Translations under genes and position numbers: made by a program
Notes under the pieces: generated by a model
Database searches by the model: none
Seen by the model: the letters and a program-made list of their open reading frames with translations, nothing else
Told to the model about the DNA's origin: nothing
Source of the DNA: an uncultured Gemmatimonadales bacterium
Lineage (GTDB): Bacteria; Gemmatimonadota; Gemmatimonadetes; Longimicrobiales; Longimicrobiaceae
DNA: 64,000 bases
NCBI GenBank assembly: GCA_963716255.1
Contig: OY970303.1
Location: 1,024,001 to 1,088,000, forward strand
Direction of reading: 5' to 3'
In this document: positions 37,027 to 47,101 of the stretch, one piece after another
How the letters are laid out: every line of letters starts with the position of its first letter
Position numbering within the stretch: position 1 is the stretch's first letter

Positions 37027-38159
37027 GCCCCGAAGAAGGCGCGGATGGACGCGGCCACGTGCTCCCGCTGCGCCTCCGTCAATTCCGGGAACACGGGGAC
37101 GGACAGCACCTCCGCCGCCGCCCGCTCCGACTCCGGGAACTCGCCCTGGCGGTAGCCCAGGTACGCGAAGCACTCCTGCAGGTGAAGCGGCACCGGGTAG
37201 TAGACGTTGCTCCCCACCCCGCGCTCGCGGAGGAACGCCGCCAGCGCGTCGCGGCGCCCGCCGTGCACCCGCAGCGTGTACTGGTTGTAGATGGACTCGC
37301 TGCCCGGGAGCAGGGCCGGCGTGGACACGCCCTCCAGCCCGGCCAGCGCCTCGTCGTAGAAGCGCGCGTGCTCCCGGCGCGCCGCGCTCCACCCGGCCAG
37401 GTGCGGGAGCTTTGCCGAGAGCACCGCCGCCTGCAGCGCGTCCAGCCGCGAGTTGTAGCCCACCTCCTCGTGGTGGTACATCTGCCGCCCGCCGTGCACC
37501 CGCAGCTTCCGCAGCCGCTCCGCCGTCGCCTCGTGGGGGGTCACGATCATCCCCGCGTCCCCGAAGGCGCCCAGGTTCTTGGTGGGGAAGAACGAAAAGG
37601 CGCAGGCGTCGCCCAGCGTGCCGGTGGTGATCCAGCGGCCGTCCTCCAGCCGCAGCCGCGCCCCGATGGCCTGGGCCGCGTCCTCCAGAACCGCCACGCC
37701 GCGCCGGTCGCCCAGCGCGCGGAAGGCCTCCATCTCCGCCATCTGCCCGAACAGGTGCACCGGCACCACCACCCGCGTCCGCTCCGTGGTCGCCGACTCC
37801 GCCGCCGCGGGATCCAGGTTGAAGGTGGCCGGGTCGATGTCCGCGAACACCGTGCGGCCGCCGGCGTTGTGGATCGCCCCCGCCGTGGCGAAGAAGGTGA
37901 AGGGCGAGGTCACCACCTCCTCGCCGCGCTCCACCCCCAGCGCGCGCAGCCCCAGGAGGAGCGCGTCGGTCCCGCTGGCGCACCCCACCGCGTGCTCCAC
38001 CCCCAGGTAGTTCGCGATCTCCGCCTCGAAGCGGTCCACCGTCGGGCCCAGGATGAAGCGCTGCTCCTCGATCACCGTCTTCACGGCCTGCTGCACGGCG
38101 TCCGCGATGCCGTGGTACTGGCCGGTCAGGTCCAGCAGCGGAACTTGCATGGTCGTCAT
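37023..38159 (-). CDS. DegT/DnrJ/EryC1/StrS PLP aminotransferase
   Basis: SGTDAL, PVHLFGQ, EDAAQA, SFFPTKNLG, GYNSRLD. Confidence 0.95.
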   Translation of the reverse strand: MTTMQVPLLDLTGQYHGIADAVQQAVKTVIEEQRFILGPTVDRFEAEIANYLGVEHAVGCASGTDALLLGLRALGVERGEEVVTSPFTFFATAGAIHNAGGRTVFADIDPATFNLDPAAAESATTERTRVVVPVHLFGQMAEMEAFRALGDRRGVAVLEDAAQAIGARLRLEDGRWITTGTLGDACAFSFFPTKNLGAFGDAGMIVTPHEATAERLRKLRVHGGRQMYHHEEVGYNSRLDALQAAVLSAKLPHLAGWSAARREHARFYDEALAGLEGVSTPALLPGSESIYNQYTLRVHGGRRDALAAFLRERGVGSNVYYPVPLHLQECFAYLGYRQGEFPESERAAAEVLSVPVFPELTEAQREHVAASIRAFFGA

Positions 38160-38227
38160 CTATGATTCCAGGAAGCTTCGTGGTCTCGTCCGGTCTTTGA
38201 ACTGCAACGGATGCCGGCTTCGGGCTC

Positions 38228-38376
38228 GGGCGTGCCCCCGGCTGGCGCCGGGGTCGGGCTTCGGCTCCGTAGCACACGAAACGACCGTGTGCAACGGAGT
38301 CGAGCCCCGCGAAACTGCCCGCGGGTCTCGCCCCTTCGGGCCGTAATCCCTCACGCGGGCATCGCGCTGGCGTCCG
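38228..38376 (-). repeat. Repeat family R1, copy H
   Basis: Reverse complement of R1. Confidence 0.95.
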
Positions 38377-38694
38377 CTGGGCCCCCACCCGGCTCGCTTA
38401 GGCTCGCACGGCTTTCCCTTATATCCCCCGATTCTGGGGGAGGGCTTCCCGTCGGTCCGGGCCGTCGCCGTTCCTGCAATGCTCGCCGGGAGGTCGGGGG
38501 AGGGTCCGCAGGCGGTGCGTCTGTTCGAAGCCAGCGTGATGCCGCGGACCTGCTCAACCGGTGGGCGAGTTTCGCACCGCCGGAGGAGCCTCCCCCGGCC
38601 GACCCCATACCCGGAGCCCTCCGAAGCACACCGCCTCCCGCCGTGCGGTTCTCCCCTCCCCCTTGCGGGGAGGGGCCGGGGGAGGGGGTCCCCG

Positions 38695-39807
38695 TCACCC
38701 ACCCGCCGCGGGAAACAGCACCCGCACCACCTCGTCCAGCATGCGGTCCACGCCGAACCACTCGCGCGCTCGGCGCCGCGCCTCGGCCGCGCGGCGCGCG
38801 GCCTCGCCGCCGCCGGCGCGCAGCTCCGCCAGCGCCTCCGCGAGGGCGGCGCCCAGCGCGGCGGGGTCCTCCGGCGGCACGATCCAGCCGGCCGGCGGGT
38901 CGTCCGCGCGAGCGCCGAGCGCCTCGCGCACGCCGCTCACGTCCGCGGCGACCACGGGGGTCCCCGCCGCCATGGCCTCCAGCATCACGTTGGCCATCCC
39001 CTCGTTGCGGCTGCTCAGCACGAACAGGTCGCAGGCGGCCAGCAGATCCGGGACGTCCGCGCGGTGCCCGGCCCAGCAGACCCGCTCCGCGACTCCCAGG
39101 CGCCCCGCCAGCCCGCGGAGCGCGCCCTCCTCCGGGCCGGAGCCCACGACCACGAGCCGGCTCCCCGGGACCGCGGCGCGGGCGAACGCCTCCAGGAGCA
39201 GGTCGAAGCCCTTTCTCCGCGCCAGGTGCCCGGCGCCCGCCACCAGCAGCGCCGCCGCGTCCGCCCCCAACTGGGCCCGCAGCGCGCGGGCCGCCTCCGC
39301 GGAGAGCGGCGCCGCCGGGCGGATGCCGTTGAGCACCACGTGCACCCGGTCGGGCGGGAACCAGGGCGCCGAGCCGGTCCACGCCTCGCGGATCTCCGGC
39401 GCGTTGACCACCAGCGCGTCCACCCAGCGGCGGAAGGGGAGCGCGTGCCGGCGGCTGCGCAGCTCCCTCACGATTCCCAATCGCACCACCGTCCGCGGCA
39501 CCCCCGAGCGGCGGGCGGCCCACGCGCCCCAGGCGGTGCCCTTCCACGACGTGAGCAGGAGCGCGTCCGGCCGCTCGCCCCGCAGCCACCGCGCGAAGCG
39601 GACGCCGCGCCACGCGTCCAGGTACCCGCCCGGGAGCACGGGGGCCACCGCGACACCGCGCCGAGCCAGCTCCGCCGCCACCGGGCCGCCCCGGCGGCAG
39701 GCGACCACCACCTCGTGGCCGCGGGCCAGCAGCCCCTCCGCCACGGTGGCGAGCCACTTCTCGTTGCCGCCCCACACCCGGGCGGCGTTCTGCGCCACCA
39801 GCTTCAC
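38695..39807 (-). CDS. Glycosyltransferase family 4
   Basis: WGGNE, RRKG, SRNEGMANVMLEAMAAG. Confidence 0.9.
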   Translation of the reverse strand: MKLVAQNAARVWGGNEKWLATVAEGLLARGHEVVVACRRGGPVAAELARRGVAVAPVLPGGYLDAWRGVRFARWLRGERPDALLLTSWKGTAWGAWAARRSGVPRTVVRLGIVRELRSRRHALPFRRWVDALVVNAPEIREAWTGSAPWFPPDRVHVVLNGIRPAAPLSAEAARALRAQLGADAAALLVAGAGHLARRKGFDLLLEAFARAAVPGSRLVVVGSGPEEGALRGLAGRLGVAERVCWAGHRADVPDLLAACDLFVLSSRNEGMANVMLEAMAAGTPVVAADVSGVREALGARADDPPAGWIVPPEDPAALGAALAEALAELRAGGGEAARRAAEARRRAREWFGVDRMLDEVVRVLFPAAGG

Positions 39808-40910
39808 CGCCGCGCCCCGTTCCGGCGGCGGCCGTGCGCGCCGGCCAGCACCGTCTCCCAGCGGTCCAGCATCGCCCCGAAGCCGAAGCGCTCCTCCGCC
39901 CGCTCCCGCGCCGCCGCCGACATCACGGCCCGGCGCTCCGGGTCGTCCAGCACCTCGCGCAGCGCCGCGGCGACCTCCCCCTCGTCGAAGCCCACCACCC
40001 GCCCGGGGCGCCGCCCGTCCGGCAGCGGGTCCAGCGCCTCGTCCGCCCCGCTCACCGCCGTGCTCACCACCGGGACGCCCGCCATCAGCGCCTCCAGCAT
40101 GGCGTTGCTCATCCCCTCCAGGTCCGAGGTCAGCGCCACCACGTCCGCCGCGTCCAGCACGTCGCCCACGTCCGCGCGGAAGCCCAGGAAGTGCGTCCGC
40201 GCGGCGATTCCCAGGTCCCCCGCCAGCGCCTCCAGCTCCGCGCGCCTGCGCCCGTCCCCCGCCAGCACACAGTGCACGTCGCCGTCCAGGAGCGCCACGG
40301 CCCGGAGCAGCCGGTCCAGCCGCTTCTGCGAAACCAGCCGCGCCACCGCCGCCACCACCCGCGCCTGCGGCGCGATTCCCAGCGCCCGCCGCAGAGAGCC
40401 CTCGGGGCCGGTGCGGACCGGCGGATGCACCGCGTTGTGGACCGCCGCCACCCGCTCCTCCGTCCACCCCGGCAGCTCCAGGAAGGGCGCGCGCATGCGG
40501 CCGGCGGTCACCACCACCACGTCCACGCAGCGCTCCAGGGCCAGGCGGTACTTCCACCGCCGCGGCGTGTGCGTTTCCAACCCCACCCGGGCCACCACCC
40601 GCGGCACCCCCGCCAGGCGCGCCCCCAGCCCCGCCAGCCAGAGCTTGCGGAAGGTCCCCACCACGAACGCGTCCGGCCGCAGGCGCCGCAGCCGCAGGGC
40701 GAGCCGCAGAGCGCCCGGCAGCGCCGCGTCGCCTCCCAGCGCGAGCCGTTCCGCCGGGACGCCCAGCGCCCGGGCCCGCTCCATCACCTCCGGCCGGTTG
40801 CACAGGAGCAGCACGCGGTGGCCACGATCCGCGAGCCCCGCCAGGAGGAGGGTCGTGGCGCGCTCCGCCCCTCCCCACTCCGGCGCCCCGTTGTGAGCCA
40901 CGATGAACAC
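39804..40910 (-). CDS. Glycosyltransferase family 4
   Basis: WGGAE, RLVSQK, SDLEGMSNAMLEA; paralog of 34973..36055. Confidence 0.9.
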   Translation of the reverse strand: MFIVAHNGAPEWGGAERATTLLLAGLADRGHRVLLLCNRPEVMERARALGVPAERLALGGDAALPGALRLALRLRRLRPDAFVVGTFRKLWLAGLGARLAGVPRVVARVGLETHTPRRWKYRLALERCVDVVVVTAGRMRAPFLELPGWTEERVAAVHNAVHPPVRTGPEGSLRRALGIAPQARVVAAVARLVSQKRLDRLLRAVALLDGDVHCVLAGDGRRRAELEALAGDLGIAARTHFLGFRADVGDVLDAADVVALTSDLEGMSNAMLEALMAGVPVVSTAVSGADEALDPLPDGRRPGRVVGFDEGEVAAALREVLDDPERRAVMSAAARERAEERFGFGAMLDRWETVLAGAHGRRRNGARR

Positions 40911-41014
40911 GGTCGCACCTCCGGTCCATCCGGGAACCGCCCCGCGAACCTCCGGGTCCCATCCTCGCGGGAGCGGAAAACCAGACCTCGTCGCGCGGCC
41001 CCGCCGCGCGCGTC

Positions 41015-42885
41015 CTACGCCGTCTCGGCCGGGAGCGCACCGGCGGCGAGCCCCCGCTCGTCGCCGGCCGCGAACTGCATGTCGTGAAGGCGGCGGTAGG
41101 TGCCGCCGCGGGCCAGAAGCTCCTCGTGCGTGCCGCGCTCCACGATGCGGCCCGCGTCCATGACCACGATGTTGTCCGCGCGGCGCACGGTGGAAAGGCG
41201 GTGCGCGATCACCAGCACCGTCCGCCCCTCCATCACCTCGTCGATCGCCTGCTGCACCAGCCGCTCGCTTTCCGTGTCCAGCGCGCTGGTAGCCTCGTCC
41301 AGGATCAGCAGCGGCGGGTTGCGGAAGAGCGCCCGCGCGATCGCGATGCGCTGCCGCTGCCCCCCGAGAGCCGCGTCCCCTTCTCCCCCAGGACCGTGTC
41401 GTAGCCCTGCGGCATCGCCGCGATGAAGCCGTGCGCGTTGGCCGCGCGCGCCGCCGCCTCGATCCGCTCCTGCGGCGCGTCCTCCACCCCGTAGGCCACG
41501 TTGGAGCGCACCGTGTCGTGGAAGAGGATGGTCTCCTGCGTCACGATGCCCAGCAGGGCGCGCAGCTCCGCCAGGCGCAGGTCGCGCAGGTCCACGCCGT
41601 CCAGGGTGACCCGCCCCGCCGTGGGGTCGTGGAAGCGCGGCACCAGGTCCGCCAGCGTGCTCTTCCCCGCCCCGCTGGAGCCCACCAGCGCCACCACCTC
41701 GCCCGGGCGGATCTCCAGGTCAATGCCGCGCAGCACCGGCTGGCCGGGCGCGTACTCGAAGTCCACCCCCTCGAACCGGATCGCCTCGCGGAAGCCGCCC
41801 GCCGGGAGCGCGCCCGGGCGGTCGCGCACCTCCACCGGCGCGTCCACCAGCTCGAAGACCCGCTCCGCCGCCGCCAGCCCCGGCTGCACCTGCGCCGGGA
41901 ACTGCGCGATGAACTTGATCGGCGACATCAGCTTCCCCGCCATGACCAGCGCCGTCAGGAAGGCCGACGCCTCCAGCGAGCGCTCCTCCAGCACCAGGTA
42001 GCTGCCGTACCAGATCAGCCCCAGGATCGCCGTCGCCGTGATCATCTCCGTGGCCGGAGGGAAGAACTTGCGCCAGCGGTCGTTGCGGATCAGCGCCCGG
42101 TAGTGGCTCTGCGTGAGTCCGCGGAAGCGGCGCTCCTCCCACTCCTCCGCCCCCGACGCCTTCACCAGCCGGATCCCCCCCACCGTCTCCTGCACCTGCG
42201 AGGCCACCTCCCCCACCGCGTCCAGCACCCGCAGCACGCCCTTGCGCAGCCGCCTGCGGAAGCGCGCCCACAGCGCCAGCATGGGCGGCAGCGCCAGCAT
42301 CGCCACCAGCGTCAGCTTCCAGGAGATCCCCAGCAGGAAGAACAGGTACGCCGCCGTTTCCGCCGTCGACGAGAGCAGCTTGGACACGTTGCCCGTCACC
42401 AGCATGCGCATCTGGTCCACGTCCCCCGTCACCCGGGAGATGATCTGCCCCGCGCGCGTCCGCTGGAAGAAGGGGAGCCCCAGCCGCACCAGGTGCGAGT
42501 ACACGTGGTTGCGCAGGTCGCGCGTGACCCGCCCTTCCACCATGGAGATGGTGATCTCCTTGGCGTACAGGAACACGTTCTTGATCACGTAGATGCAGAA
42601 GAGCAGCACCACCACCTGCCGCAGCGCCTGCATGGGCGTGCCGCCCGCCACGAACCACCCCACCACCCCGTTCATCAGCCCCTGCACCCATCCGTCGCCC
42701 ACCCGCAGGATCTCCGCCGGGCCCACCACGCTCCCGCCCCCGCTGAACAGCACGTTGAGGAAGGGGATGAGCAGCGTGAACGACAGCGCGTCCAGCAGCG
42801 AGAACACCGTCATGCACCCGATGGACGCCGCGAACAGCCCCGCGTGCGGGCGGACGTAGCGCAGGATCCGCAGGTACAGCTTCAT
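41015..42885 (-). CDS. msbA: MsbA-like ABC exporter, apparent one-base frameshift at 41360-41365
   Basis: TMD + GSSGAGKST. The signature LSGG-QRQR is broken by a G6 run that needs G7; the downstream frame gives [10 protein letters not shown]...IAHRLSTV. Confidence 0.8.
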
Positions 42886-44441
42886 CGCGGCGTCAGCAGC
42901 GCGACGGGAAGCACCATCTCCTCGGGGCTGATGCCGCCGTGCAGGAAGCTGCCGCGGTAGCGCGCCTGGTACTGCCGCAGCTTGGTGGGATAGACGAAGA
43001 ACACGTCCTCCATGGCCAGCAGGTAGTTGGTCGCCGCGCGTCCCTGCGGAAAGCGCAGCGTCCGCTCGTCGTTGGTGGAGAACGCCAGCGACGGGTCCTC
43101 CGCGCGCAGGTCGTCGCCGAACTTGTAGCGCAGGTTCTGCGTGGTGTCGCGCTTCGCGAACACCGTCGCCGGGCGGTGGCAGTGGATGGAGCCGTGGTCC
43201 GTGGTCAGCAGCACCGGCACCCCCTGGCGCAGCGCCTCGCGGATCGCCACCAGCGCCTCCGAGCGCTCGAACCACTGGCGCGTCAGCGCACGCAGCGCCT
43301 CCTTGTCGCGCGCCACCTCCCACAGCACCGTGCTTTCCGAGCGCCCGTGGGTGAGCAGGTCCACGAAGTTGAAGACCATGGCCGTCACCCCCGGCTGCGA
43401 CAGGTACGCCGGGAGCCGGCGCACCGCCGCCTCCCCGTCCCCCGAGGCGAAGATCTTCTCGTAGTGCACCGGGAACGAGTGCCCCAGGATGCGGGCCACC
43501 TGCTCCTCCAGCAATTCCCGCTCGAAGGCGTTCAGGCTCCCCTCGTTGTCGCCGCCCCACCACCCCGGGTGCCCCTCCGCGATGCGGTCCGGGTACACCC
43601 CCGAGAAGATGGCGTTGCGCGAGAACGGCGTGGCCGTGGGGAGGATGGAGTAGTAGAGCGCCTCCTCCACCTCCGCGTACGGCGTCAGCAGCGGGAGGAT
43701 CACCCGCCACTGGTCCAGGCGCAGGCAGTCGATCACCACGAACAGCACCGTCTTCCCCTCCCCCATGAGCGGGGCGAGGAACTGCGGCACCACGTCCACC
43801 GAAAGGGTGGGGCGGTCGCGGCCGCCGTTCACCCACTCCGCGTAGTTGCTCGCCACGAACTGGCAGAACTCGCGGCGGAAGTCGTCCAGCAGCGTTTCCA
43901 GCGACGAGAGCAGCCCCACCTCGCCCGCCTGCCGCAGGCGCAGTTCCCAGTCCACCAGCTCCGAGTACGTCTCGCCCCACTCGCGCCACCCGCGGGGGAC
44001 GCTTCGCTGCGCGTTCAGCTCGCGGAAGCGGAGCGTGAAGTCGCGCGCCACGAACTGCTGCTGCAGCGCCTGCCCCTCCAGCAGCCGCGTCACCACCGAA
44101 AGCACCTGGCGCGGCGAGGTGGGCTTGACGAGGTAGTCCGCCACCCGCCGGCCGATGGCCTCGGTCATGGTGCGGTCCTCCTCGCTCTTGGTCACCATCA
44201 CCACGGGGACGCGCGCGTCCACCCGGCGGATCTCGTCCAGCACCTCCATCCCCGTCCGGCCGGGCATCTGCTCGTCCAGGAGGATCAGGTCGTACGTCGA
44301 CATCCGCAGCAGCTCCAGGGCGTCGTCCCCGTTGGAGACGGCGTCCACGTGGTATCCGCGCCCCTGCACGAAGAGCAGGTGCGGGCGCAGCAGGTCGATT
44401 TCGTCGTCCACCCAGAGCAGACGCTTCACGGGAGCAGGCAT
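42882..44441 (-). CDS. Response regulator with PglZ/alkaline-phosphatase domain (PorX-like)
   Basis: REC (LWVDDE, LLDEQMPG); IDCLRLDQW, LPTATPFSRNAIFSG, TTDHG, HGGIS. Confidence 0.9.
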   Translation of the reverse strand: MPAPVKRLLWVDDEIDLLRPHLLFVQGRGYHVDAVSNGDDALELLRMSTYDLILLDEQMPGRTGMEVLDEIRRVDARVPVVMVTKSEEDRTMTEAIGRRVADYLVKPTSPRQVLSVVTRLLEGQALQQQFVARDFTLRFRELNAQRSVPRGWREWGETYSELVDWELRLRQAGEVGLLSSLETLLDDFRREFCQFVASNYAEWVNGGRDRPTLSVDVVPQFLAPLMGEGKTVLFVVIDCLRLDQWRVILPLLTPYAEVEEALYYSILPTATPFSRNAIFSGVYPDRIAEGHPGWWGGDNEGSLNAFERELLEEQVARILGHSFPVHYEKIFASGDGEAAVRRLPAYLSQPGVTAMVFNFVDLLTHGRSESTVLWEVARDKEALRALTRQWFERSEALVAIREALRQGVPVLLTTDHGSIHCHRPATVFAKRDTTQNLRYKFGDDLRAEDPSLAFSTNDERTLRFPQGRAATNYLLAMEDVFFVYPTKLRQYQARYRGSFLHGGISPEEMVLPVALLTPR

Positions 44442-44509
44442 AGCCGGGAAAGCTATCCGCCGGTGGGGGGCGGGTCAACGCGGGGTCCTTGCGATTGTGC
44501 GTCGTGGAC

Positions 44510-44637
44510 GGGCCGCTACGGAGCCGGACGATACAGCCGTCCGTCTCCTCCGCGGGCTCGGCGAGCCCCCGCAAACAGCCGCGGGGTCTCACCTCGCCGG
44601 AGGGAGCCTCGCCAAACAGCCGGCGAGTCTCCCTCCG
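44510..44637 (-). repeat. Repeat family R2, copy e
   Basis: Reverse complement of R2. Confidence 0.9.
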
Positions 44638-44820
44638 TCACAGCATCCTTGGATACGACGAAAACGGCGAAAACAAAAAGCCCTCCCCCAGCATTGGGGG
44701 AGGGTGGCGAGCCTCGAGCGAGCCGGGGGGGGCCGTCGTGCCGTGCTTCCCTCAACCTTGCGGGGAGGGGCCGGGGGAGGGGGTCGCCGGTGCCGGCTGT
44801 TCCCCGTTCCCTGCCGTTCC

Positions 44821-45678
44821 CTAGCTCAGGTACGTTTCCAGGAACCGGGCGCGGCTCTGGTGGCGCAGGCGCAGCAGCGCTTTTTCCTTGATCTGGCGGA
44901 CGCGCTCGCGCGTGATGCCGAACATCTCGCCGATCTGCTCCAGCGTCATGGGCTCCGTGTCGCCCAGACCGAAGTACAGGCGGAGGACCTTCGCCTCGCG
45001 CTCGGTGAGGGTCGAGAGCGCCTCGTCGATGGTGCGCTTCAGCGCCTGGCCGTACACCTCGTCGTCGGGACCGGCGGCGCCGTTGTCGGAAAGGTAGTCC
45101 AGGAGCTGCCCGTCCTCCCCGGCCACCAGGGGGGCGTCCAGCGAAAGGTGCACCTGCGACATGGCCAGCGTGTGGCTGATCTCGTCGGCGGGAAGGTCCA
45201 GCTCGCCGGCGATCTCCTCCAGGGTGGGCTCGCGCCCCAGCTCCTGCGTCAGCGCCGAGGAGCGCTTGCCGATGCGGTGCACCGCGCCCGCGCGGCTCAG
45301 CGGCACCCGCACGATGCGGGACTGCTCGGCCAGCGCCTGGAGGATCGCCTGGCGGATCCACCACACGGCGTAGGAGATGAACTTGATTCCCTTGGTCTCG
45401 TCGAACTTCCGCGCCGCCCGGATCAGGCCGATGTTGCCCTCGTTGATCAGGTCCGCGAGGGAAACGCCCTGGTTCTGGTACTTCTTCGCCACCGCCACCA
45501 CGAACCGCAGGTTGGAGCGCACCAGCGTCTCCAGCGCCAGGTCCTCGCCGTCGCGGATGCGCTGTGCGAGCGACGCCTCCACCTCGCGGCCGATCAGCGG
45601 GTACTGGCTGATCTCCCGGAGGTACTGGTCCAGCGACTCCGATTCTACGGAAATCTTCTTGGGCGAGCGAATGCTCAT
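44821..45678 (-). CDS. RNA polymerase sigma70 factor, RpoD/RpoS-like (short form, no region 1.1)
   Basis: SNLRFVV, DLINEGNIGL, KFISYAVWWIRQ, TRERVRQIKEKAL. Confidence 0.95.
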   Translation of the reverse strand: MSIRSPKKISVESESLDQYLREISQYPLIGREVEASLAQRIRDGEDLALETLVRSNLRFVVAVAKKYQNQGVSLADLINEGNIGLIRAARKFDETKGIKFISYAVWWIRQAILQALAEQSRIVRVPLSRAGAVHRIGKRSSALTQELGREPTLEEIAGELDLPADEISHTLAMSQVHLSLDAPLVAGEDGQLLDYLSDNGAAGPDDEVYGQALKRTIDEALSTLTEREAKVLRLYFGLGDTEPMTLEQIGEMFGITRERVRQIKEKALLRLRHQSRARFLETYLS

Positions 45679-45870
45679 GCGGGCGCTCCGGAGTGGAAAC
45701 CGACGCGGAGGCGTGTGGGCGCGGAGGGACCGGCGCGCGGTACGGCCAGTGAGGGCGCTGAGTGGTCCGAAGGAACCGGCCCGAAAGGAAAGACACGCGT
45801 TTGAAGCGGCGGCCCGCTAGGGCGGCGGGGCCACGCGAGTGGAGTATGGAAAACCCGCCCGCAAGTGTCA

Positions 45871-45902
45871 ACCCCCGGCCGAAAATGTTTCCGGCCGGGG
45901 GT
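45871..45902. terminator. Hairpin downstream of lepB
   Basis: ACCCCCGGCCG-N10-CGGCCGGGGGT. Confidence 0.5.
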
Positions 45903-45912
45903 CGCTCTTCTG

Positions 45913-46710
45913 TCAGTGGATCAGGCTTCCAAGCCGCGCCCACCTCACCCCGGTCACCCAGGGCAGCGGGGCGGCGAGGTTGCTCTCGAAGGAGTAGTAC
46001 ACCAGGATGGGCCGCCCCTTGATGGACTCCTTGTCGATGAACCCCCAGTAGCGGGAGTCCTCGGAGTTGTCGCGGTTGTCCCCCAGGGTGAAGAACTTGC
46101 CCTCCGGCACCTCGATGGGCCCCCAGTTGTCGCGGCTGGGCCGGTAGCTGCGCCGCGCCTGGCGGTCGCCCACCAGGTACGACAGCTGCCACATCATCTG
46201 CGGGTCGCTGGGGTCGGTGATGGGGTCGATGTGGCGCACGTACGGCTCCGGGAGCGGCTGGCCGTTGCGGTACAGCACCTTGTCGTGCATCTCCAGGGTG
46301 TCGCCCGGGAGACCCACCAGCCGCTTGACGTAGTTCTTGGACGGGTCGTGGGGCGGCAGGAAGACGATCACGTCGCCCCGCTGCGGCTCGGCGAAGGCGG
46401 GGAAGCGCGTGTGCGTCCCCGGCACCTCGGCCCCGTACACGGCCTTGTTCACCAGCAGGAAGTCGCCCACCAGGAGCGTGCCCTCCATGGAGCCCGTGGG
46501 GATCTTGAACGCCTCCACCACGAAGGTGCGGATGGTGAGGAAGAGCAGGACCGCGGTGGAGATCGCCTTGAACCACTCCCACATCCACCGCCCGGTGGAG
46601 ATGGAGCCCCGGCTCTCGTCCGCAGTCTTGCGCCTCTCGTCGAAGGCCCGCTCGGAAAGGACCCGCGGCTGCGGATGGTCGCCCGGCGGTCCGTAGGGAG
46701 TGCTGTCCAT
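45913..46710 (-). CDS. lepB: Signal peptidase I
   Basis: IPTGSM, YVKRLVGLPGD, GDNRDNSEDSRYWG. Confidence 0.95.
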   Translation of the reverse strand: MDSTPYGPPGDHPQPRVLSERAFDERRKTADESRGSISTGRWMWEWFKAISTAVLLFLTIRTFVVEAFKIPTGSMEGTLLVGDFLLVNKAVYGAEVPGTHTRFPAFAEPQRGDVIVFLPPHDPSKNYVKRLVGLPGDTLEMHDKVLYRNGQPLPEPYVRHIDPITDPSDPQMMWQLSYLVGDRQARRSYRPSRDNWGPIEVPEGKFFTLGDNRDNSEDSRYWGFIDKESIKGRPILVYYSFESNLAAPLPWVTGVRWARLGSLIH

Positions 46711-46956
46711 AAGCCTCGACCCGCGCGGGAGGCGCGTGTGGCGATGATGCAGGGAGGCACGCCGGAGCGTGCGTACGTCCGTTCCTACCCTGCGGAAGGG
46801 AAACGCGTTCCGTGGGATACGCGGCGCGAGGTCCACAGGTTTCGGACCGGGGGGAGGACGGCCCGGCTGCCCTCACCCGGCTCGCTCGAGGCTCGCCACC
46901 CTCTCCCGATTCCGGGAGAGGGGGCGACGACAGGAAATTCAGGTACGGCGGGGAGT

Positions 46957-47087
46957 CGCGTGAGGGATTTCGGCCCGAAGGGGCGAGACCCGACAGCAGT
47001 ATCGTCGGGGCTCGACTCCGTTACGCACAGTTTTATCGTGCGTTACGGAGCCGAAGCCCGACCCCGGCGCCAGCCGGGGGCACGCCC
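46957..47087 (+). repeat. Repeat family R1, copy I
   Basis: R1 core. Confidence 0.95.
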
Positions 47088-47101
47088 GAACCGGCGGTTG
47101 C

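Noticed and set aside
41015..42885. msbA as a true pseudogene or phase-variable gene
   Set aside because: Single homopolymer indel in an otherwise intact gene that is probably needed for lipid A or glycan export; sequencing error is more likely
41305..44592. A 1095-aa fusion ORF
   Set aside because: It is msbA (start 42885) plus an off-frame read through the PorX-like gene
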